From NCBI GenBank assembly GCA_951406725.2, contig OX597823.1, positions 81,654,001 through 81,718,000 on the forward strand: 64,000 nt of DNA, given 5' to 3'. The DNA comes from Octopus vulgaris (taxonomy: Eukaryota). Positions 56,353-64,000 of this stretch are shown one piece after another. Both the position numbers and the translations under genes were made by a program. The notes beneath the pieces were generated by a model. That model saw only the letters and a program-made list of their open reading frames with translations. It was not told the DNA's origin and made no database searches. Position 1 is the stretch's first letter. Each line of letters opens with the position of its first letter.

Positions 56353-58209
56353 CATTGTTACTTCTCACTATTCCTGAAAGGGTCATGGTGGGTAGAATCC
56401 TCATGCACCTTATCCAACGGGTCTTATCATAAATAACCTTATTACACATACTGCTTGATTCTGATGGAGTGCCAGTTATATAGACCACTGACAGGCATGT
56501 TCCTGCAGCTTTTGTCATCATCATCATCATCATCGTTTAACGTCCACTTTCCATGCTAGCATGGGTTGGACGATTTGACTGAGGACTGGTGACCTAGATG
56601 GCTACACCAGGCTCCAATCTGATCTGGCAGAGTTTCTACAGCTGGATACTCTTCCTAACTCTAATCACTCCAAGAGTGTAGTGGGTACTTTTACATGCCA
56701 TCGGTACGAGGGCCAGTCAGGCAGTATTGCCAATGGCCATGCTCAAATGGTGTTTTTTACATGCCACTTGCACAGGAGCCAGTCCAGCAGCACTGGCAAT
56801 GACCTCGCTTGAATGTTTTTTCATGTGCCAGTAAGGCGACGCTGGTAACGATCATGCTCGAATGGTGCGTTTTACATGCCACTGGCATGGAAGCCAGTTA
56901 GCTGCTCTGGAAATGATCACACTCCACTAGCATGGATGCCAGTCATCGAATTTGATTTTGATTTCATTGAAATTGATTTTGAAGATAAAATCTGTTATTA
57001 GTATGCTGGGCTAAAATACACAATGTATATATATATATATATATCAGAGGAAGAAAATCATCCTAACAGAGGCAATCAAAAGCATCAGAAACATTCCAGT
57101 TTGATCGGGCCTTGTCAACAATGTGCACTTTCAGCTATATGCATAGAAGAAATTTGTCTCCCTCTGATATAGGAAATAGCGGATAACACTTTTACTGATA
57201 TTAGAAGTAGCTGCTGGGCTGAATAAAAATACAGGGTACCCAATTAAAGCAACATTAAATTAAAATAGCCATCTACGTATCACACTTAATGTATATAAAC
57301 CATTGAAAGGCAAGTTACTGCAATTTTTGTCTAAGATAAAATCTTTTATAAGCATGCTAGGTTAAAAAGCACAATATACATTTAGTGTAAAGACCCTTTT
57401 CAGTCACAAATGACCATGGGATTGCACCTAGAATGTTCCTTCTGAGGCACAAGTATGGGCAAGGTTGTTTTTGGAAGACCAGCAGTCACCCATGTATACC
57501 ATCCTCTTCTCTCTATGCCACCAATGTTATGCAAGGGAAAGGCAAAGGCCAATACAGTTTGGTACCACTGACATTGCAACTCATTTCTACAGCTGCAGCA
57601 ACTTCAAATAAAGTGTCTTGCTCAAGAACACAACACACAGCCTGGTCCAGAAATCGAACTCCCTACCTCATGATTGTAAGCCTTATGCTCTAACCATTGA
57701 GCCATGGATCTTCTCATATATAAACATACATATATATATAAAGATATGTGTGTGTGTGTGCGTGTGTGTATGTGTGTGCGTGTGTGTATGTGTGTGCACA
57801 TGTTCTCATTAGTTGCTGTCTGTGTGATCTTTTGTCTTCCTCTGATATATATATATAATAATACTCTATTTTTTCGTTGTTTAAGAAAAATGTCCAGTTC
57901 CTTGGTTTTGTGTTTATGTTTTCGTTTCTCATTGTGTTCAACTTTTGTTTGGTGTCCTGTACCCATATATGCATGTATATATACATGTAGATGTAGGTAC
58001 GTACATATATGTATGTATATATGCATATGTTTTATTTATTAATTTGTTATTATACGACAGAATGCACGCATCCTTTTCTAAGTAAGTTTGTTCTTAATAT
58101 ATATATATGTATATACATATATATATACATATATATACATATATATATATATATACACACACATATATATATATATATAAATATATATATAATTAATAAG
58201 GGTGAGAGA

Positions 58210-58247
<38 letters not shown>

Positions 58248-58346
58248 GTATACATATATACATATATATATATATGATGTTTTTTATGCAATTGTCTATA
58301 AAAGATTTTATCTTGGATGAAAACCACAATATCTTATTTATCAACG

Positions 58347-58381
<35 letters not shown>

Positions 58382-58433
58382 CACACCAAGCATGATATAT
58401 ACAGATGTCTTACCTTTTAAATGTGTTTTTCAG

Positions 58434-58585
58434 GCAAATAAAAGACTTTCAATTAATAGTGTATGAAATAAGCCAAAAGATTCATGTTAATCCATGGGAA
58501 GAAAAAACTCAGGATATCAGTTGCAGTAAAAACAAGATGAGCGAAACAACGAACAATATGAATTGTATTAACAACAATCCACAAG
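58434..58585 (+). CDS. RGS9BP: Coding exon D (152 nt, phase 2 to 1) of the RGS9BP-like gene
   Basis: gtgtttttcag acceptor and CAAG|gtaggc donor (or read-through to TGA ending at 58596). AG+G=Arg joins exon C. Encodes QIKDFQLIVYEISQKIHVNPWEEKTQ..., resembling R9AP EVLQVGEMIDDMEMKVNVPRWTVQ. Confidence 0.85.
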
Positions 58586-58821
58586 GTAGGCCATGATTTT
58601 ATTCTATTTTATAAAACCCCTTATAAAATCCCTTATTAAAAACATATCAGAGGGAAACAAAATATCATCCAAGCAACAGTTAATGAAAAAACCAAGTGCA
58701 TTTCAGCAGCTGCTACCAGGACAATTTTCTTCTCTCTCTCTTATATATATTGTGCTTTTTTAACAAAGCATGCTTATAAGAGAAATTACGGGCCTTATGC
58801 CAAAATTTGAAGCCACTGTTA

Positions 58822-59168
58822 CAGTGGTTCTTAACCTTATTGGAGGTACTGAACCCTACTAGCTTCATCAATGCATTCACTGAACCCTTTGTAATTGGAA
58901 AAATAAAATATGATTTCTTCAGAACATAGCTATTCTCTTTTACTCTTTTACTCATTTCAGTCATTTGACTGCAGTCATGCTGGAGCACCGCCTTTTAGTC
59001 AAGCAAATCAACCCCAGAACTTATTCTTTGGAAGACTAGTACTTATTCTATTGGTCTCTTTTGCCAAACCGCTAAGTTACGGGGACATAAACATACCACC
59101 ATCGGTTGTCAAGTGATGTTGGGGGGACAAACACAGACACACAAACATATACACACACATACATCTAC

Positions 59169-59225
<57 letters not shown>

Positions 59226-59900
59226 TATATGACAGGCTTCTTTCAGTTTCTGTCTAACAAATCCACTCACAAGGCTCTGGTCAGCCTGAGGCTATAGTAG
59301 AAGACACTTGCCCAAGGTGCCACACAGTGGGAATGAACCCAGAACCATGTGGTTGGTAAGCAAGTTACTTTCCACATAGCCACTCCTATATATATTTTAT
59401 TAGGGCACAAAATGAACCATGATCAGTTGCACACATGATCACTGTATTCAAAGAGCAAAACCAACAAAGCATGAATTTCATACAAAAACGTAACTCAATG
59501 AATATTTACTGCAAATAAATACGACTTTTGTTGTTGCCTTTCAGATTCAAGTTCAGAAATATGCCACGCTCATATCATTTTTGCAACAAAGTCTGTTCCT
59601 TTTCTTAGTTTTCATGCCTACCATTCTCAAAAGGATTACTTGCAAAGATATGGTGTAACAAATGGTGTGAGTATCACAAGGGCTTTCTAAGCAATGAGAG
59701 GGTGTTTTACGATTTGGTGACCCCCAAAATGATGAGAGCATTGTTGTTCTGAAGAATTGCCATTAAAGCTGGCTCTGCTGAAGTTTAATGACTTTGTTGA
59801 GGTATTCACCGTTGACATCTGCTGTTGCAACACTAAAAATGAATGGCTGTCCCATCCATGCTGGGTATGACTCTCTGGTGGGGAAGTATCCATCAAGAGA
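58822..59900 (-). mobile_element. hAT (Charlie-like) transposon remnant interrupted by a SINE
   Basis: TIR CAGTGGTTCTTAACC at 58822. Minus strand encodes KALVILTPFVTPYLC and MKTKKRNRL..NDM of the hAT dimerisation domain. Confidence 0.65.
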
Positions 59901-59949
59901 CTTTGGGCTCATCTAAGTGCATGGCAATTGTTTGCAAACCAAATGAGAC

Positions 59950-60585
59950 CATAACCTCATGGCCTATGACAGGGGCATAACCAGCCACCTTTTCCTTCTT
60001 TGGACACTAAACTCTGCTTGTGAAGACCTGTTAAGGCAAGTGAAATCGAAATCAAATTCGATGACTGGCATTCGTGCTAGCAGCGCGCAAAGAGCACCAT
60101 ATGAGCGTGATCATTGACAGAGCAGCTAACGGGCTTCTGTGACAGTGGCACATAAAAGGCACCATTCAAGTGTGATTGTTACCAGTGTTGCCTTACTGGC
60201 ACTTGTGCCCCGTGCTAGTAGGGTGCTAAGAGCACCATCCGAGCATGATTGTTGCCAGAGCGGATAACTGGCTTCTGTGCCAGTGGCACGTAAGAGGCAC
60301 CATTCGAGTGTGATCCTTACCAGCGTCACCCTACTGGCACTTGTGAAAACATTTGAGCGAGGCCGTTGCCAGTACCGCCTGACTGGCCCCTGTGCCGGTA
60401 GCACATAAAAAGCACCCACTACACTCTCAGAGTGGTTGGCATTAAGAAGGGCATCCAACTGTAGAAACTCTGCCAGATCAAGATTGGAGCCTGGTGCAGC
60501 CATCTGGCTTGCCAGTCCTCAGTCAAATCATCCAATCCATGCTAGCATGGAAAGCGGACGTTAAACGATGATGATGATGATGATA
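59950..60585 (+). mobile_element. RTE 3'-UTR-derived repeat; other copies at about 1718-1913, 6228-6670(-), 15838-16032(-), 16583-16920, 22434-22820(-), 42990-43420(-), 44210-44485, 45260-45505(-), 48345-48770, 56515-56960(-)
   Basis: Same 3' sequence as the RTE end at 31270-31949, ending GCATGGAAAGCGGACGTTAAACGATGATG. Confidence 0.8.
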
Positions 60586-61147
60586 TATACCATATTCATC
60601 ATCATTATCATTTAACGTCCATTGGGCATGCTGGAAGGCTGTGCCAGGATCCAGTCTGGTTCATCTTACATATATTAATTAACATGCTTATCTTTTGATT
60701 TTCTTGTGGCAAAGCTAGCCATTTTCTTTTCTTCTATTTCACTATTGTCCACTATTGTCCTTTGCTGCTATTTCTATTCCTTTGTGGTGAAGCTAGCCAC
60801 TCTTTGACCACTCCTCGTCTATAAGACTATAAAACACATGGTTTTTGTCTGAAACCTTCTTTCCTGCTATTTGACATCATCATATCACAATGCAAAATGT
60901 CCAGCCACTAAGCTAAGAAATTCTCTTGCTTTTTAATTGTTCATCATTTCTCTTCATTTATTTAACTTGTATTGCTAACATGTTAAACGATCCTTAAATT
61001 AAATTTGTAATCTTAATGCAAATCTAGCCTGTACTTCAATTTCTTTTTCCCGATGCGCCTACTCATTCCCACCCTCATGAGTAATACCAGAAATTCCTTC
61101 TCTCGTACCAGAAGTTCCTTCTCTCAGACCAGAAATCCCCTCTCTTG

Positions 61148-61206
<59 letters not shown>

Positions 61207-62008
61207 TGTTAGTGGAGGGGTATAATATCCAGTCATATAGTGAATTTTTCTTAGTAAAATGCCAAGGCTGGTTTCTTCAGATGGTGGGTTTTTACCTTAT
61301 TCAAACTAATAGAATTCCTCTTTGCACAATGTCACACTTATATACCCTGAAGAGATCATGCTAATAATGCATAAATCACTGCATATAAATATGCAACGAT
61401 TTGCAGTTAATGCAATTGAAACACTTGTTGGACAATTATTATGAATAAACTAACTGGAAATAAACAAAGTTTGAATGTTCAAGCTCTTCATTTTCCTTAT
61501 CAATATATACCTTGTGGTTGAAAGGCAAACTTCTTACTACACAGCCACACCTGCACCATGCATATATTTTCAAAATGAAATGAGATAATTTGAAAATATA
61601 TGCATGTATGTTTATATATATATATGTGTGTGTGTGTGTGTGAGTGACTATATTAGATAATACATCCTTCTATCTTTGAGACCATAAAGTGTAATTTAAC
61701 TCTTGTTTAAGAGTAGAAAAAGGATGCCTAAATGTGTGCCAAATGAGCAAAAAACAAAACAATCTCTTTTGCTTAAGAATAATTTTTATACTTATTTTCT
61801 CTTTAAATAAGTACAAAATCTATGAAAATGATATTTTCACTCTCTTGGAGAATAAAAATAAAGACAAAAGGCAAAAAAGCTCATTTGAGCATAAATTCAT
61901 TTGAGATTCTCACATACTTGTTATCAAAGGAATGCATAAATGGAGAAAAATTGGTGCCATTTTTCCATCTAGAGCTAGTTGAAGCATCACTTTCTTCTGT
62001 GCTATCTC

Positions 62009-62045
<37 letters not shown>

Positions 62046-64000
62046 GTCATCTTAGTCATCACCATCACCAAAATCATTTTCATCCTCCTCATTGTCGTTA
62101 TCATTGTCATGAACATCGTGATTCTCACCAACATCATCATCATCGTCATGATCATCATTATCATCATCAACATTGTAACTGTCATCGGCATTGTCATCCT
62201 ACTCCTCCTCATGATCATCATCATGATCTTCCTCCTCCTCCTCATCTGACAATGATGGAAAGTCAGAAAAAAACATCACCATTGCAGTATAAATCATCTG
62301 TCTGCAACTTGGTTTCTTCCATCGATAAAAGACCACTTCTGCTTGGGTGCCTTCAACAAAATACATGCTAGAATGCCAACTGATGATGGCTATATCCATA
62401 CGAAAAATTGAAACATCAATTCATGATGTCCACTACTTAAGAATTAAAGGAAATTTGGCTACTATTTCTAGCAACTTAAGTGACCACACAGAGGCTGTCA
62501 CATTGTCTCATCCATGGGGAGGTCATTATTCTTTTTGAAAGCAACAAGATTTAATGTATGACTAGAATATTTTGTCAATTTGCAGTTTATTTATCATTTT
62601 TTTATTTCCGAGATCAGAGATACCGATATAGTAACGGTTAATAGGATTTATTGATCTCTTTCCAGTGAAATCTAGCATCTCCTCTATCACAATAATATTC
62701 TATTATCAGCGAATATTATCTCAATTTAGCGTCTATTCTCAAAAGTTAAGTGAACAGAGCTGATGTACACTAAAGTATCTTGCACAGAAACATAGCAAAA
62801 TAATTGCAATAGATCTGATCTCAGATTTAGGCATAGCTCTTAAGGGTAGGCATAACTATGTGCTTAAGAAGTTTGGTTCTTGACCATGTGGTTTTGGATT
62901 GCATGGAAACTTCCACAGGCATCTTCTGCTGCAGCCTCAGGCTGACCAAATTCTTGTAGATAAAAACTGGGTAAAGTGCTTTGCAGTATTTGGTTGTGTC
63001 TTTTTACATTCTGAGTTCAATTCCAACCAAAATCAACTTTGCCTCTTCGTCTTCCAGACTCATTAAAATAAGAATCAATCAAATCCTGAGATCAATATTC
63101 TTTTATTCTTTTATTTGCTTCAGTCATTTGACTGTGGCCATGCTGGAGCACCACCTTTAGTCGAACAAAGTAATCCCAGGGCTTATTCTTTGTAAGCTTA
63201 GTACTTATTCTATTGGTTTCTTTTGTTGAACCGCTAAGTTATGGGGACAGAAACACACCAGCATTGATTGTCAAGTGATGGTGGGGGGAAAAACACAAAC
63301 ACACAAACATACACACACACACATGGGCGAAACTATGTTGACATTCTGGATTTCAACTGAATGCTCCATATTTGCCATTGATGTGCTTTTGTCCTTTTCC
63401 TGCATGTTGTGTTTTGACAGTTTCTGTTAGTTGTGTTTTTACTGTTCTACCAGTGATTTATATATGTATATATGACAGGCTTCTTTCAGTTTTCATCTAC
63501 CAAATCCACTTACAAGGCTTTGGTCGGCCCGAGGCTATAGTAGAAGACACTTACCCAAAGTGCCATGCAGTGGGACTGAACCTGGAACCATGTGATTAGT
63601 AAAGAAGCTACTTACCACACAGCCACTCCTATATCTATATTGTGAATATAATCAATTATATTCACAAAATTAATGTCCTTGAAACTAAAGCATAAACGAT
63701 TATATTCTGAGTTCAAATCCTGCTGAGGTCAACTTTGCCTTTCATCCTTTTCGAGTCAATGAAATAAAAAAAATCAGTCAATTACTGGGGTGTGGTGGGA
63801 TGTAATGTAATTGACTTGTTCTTCCCCACTCAAAATTGCTGGCCTTGTGCCAAAAGTAGAAAGTATTATTATTAAAGACATGTCTGAAATAGCATGGCAA
63901 TTATTCCCACAGTGATTTATGTTGACAGTTAATCAATCAATCAATCAATCAATCAATGATACATCTTCGGTTAACAGTTAAGTCACACATGGCTATGCTT

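Noticed and set aside
55657-56533. ORFs with EGRK / FLPS repeats
   Set aside because: Artefact of the (CCTT)n tract.
59545-59689. Phase-1 acceptor giving DSSSEICHAH... as a possible last RGS9BP exon
   Set aside because: It lies antisense within a hAT transposase remnant and encodes neither a TM helix nor a basic-CC anchor.

Overview
Eukaryotic, AT-rich window packed with microsatellites and retroposons. The SINE/RTE repertoire and simple-repeat density resemble a coleoid cephalopod (Octopus-like); this is an inference. Almost all ORFs in the track are microsatellite artefacts. Hidden among the repeats is one real + strand gene: four phase-compatible GT-AG exons (21208-21374, 39587-39717, 54782-54917, 58434-58585) that splice into an RGS9BP/R9AP-like (R7BP/R9AP family) protein whose first and last coding exons are unresolved. 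The rest is TE debris: Penelope-like (RT, GIY-YIG), CR1-group, RTE and R4/Dong LINE fragments, mariner, hAT, Helitron/Helentron-like and Gypsy remnants, and three tRNA-derived SINE families. The most unusual signal is a set of minimal type I hammerhead ribozyme motifs, several duplicated in inverted-repeat cassettes. The best sits in a perfect 259-bp inverted repeat about 330 bp downstream of the first identified exon.
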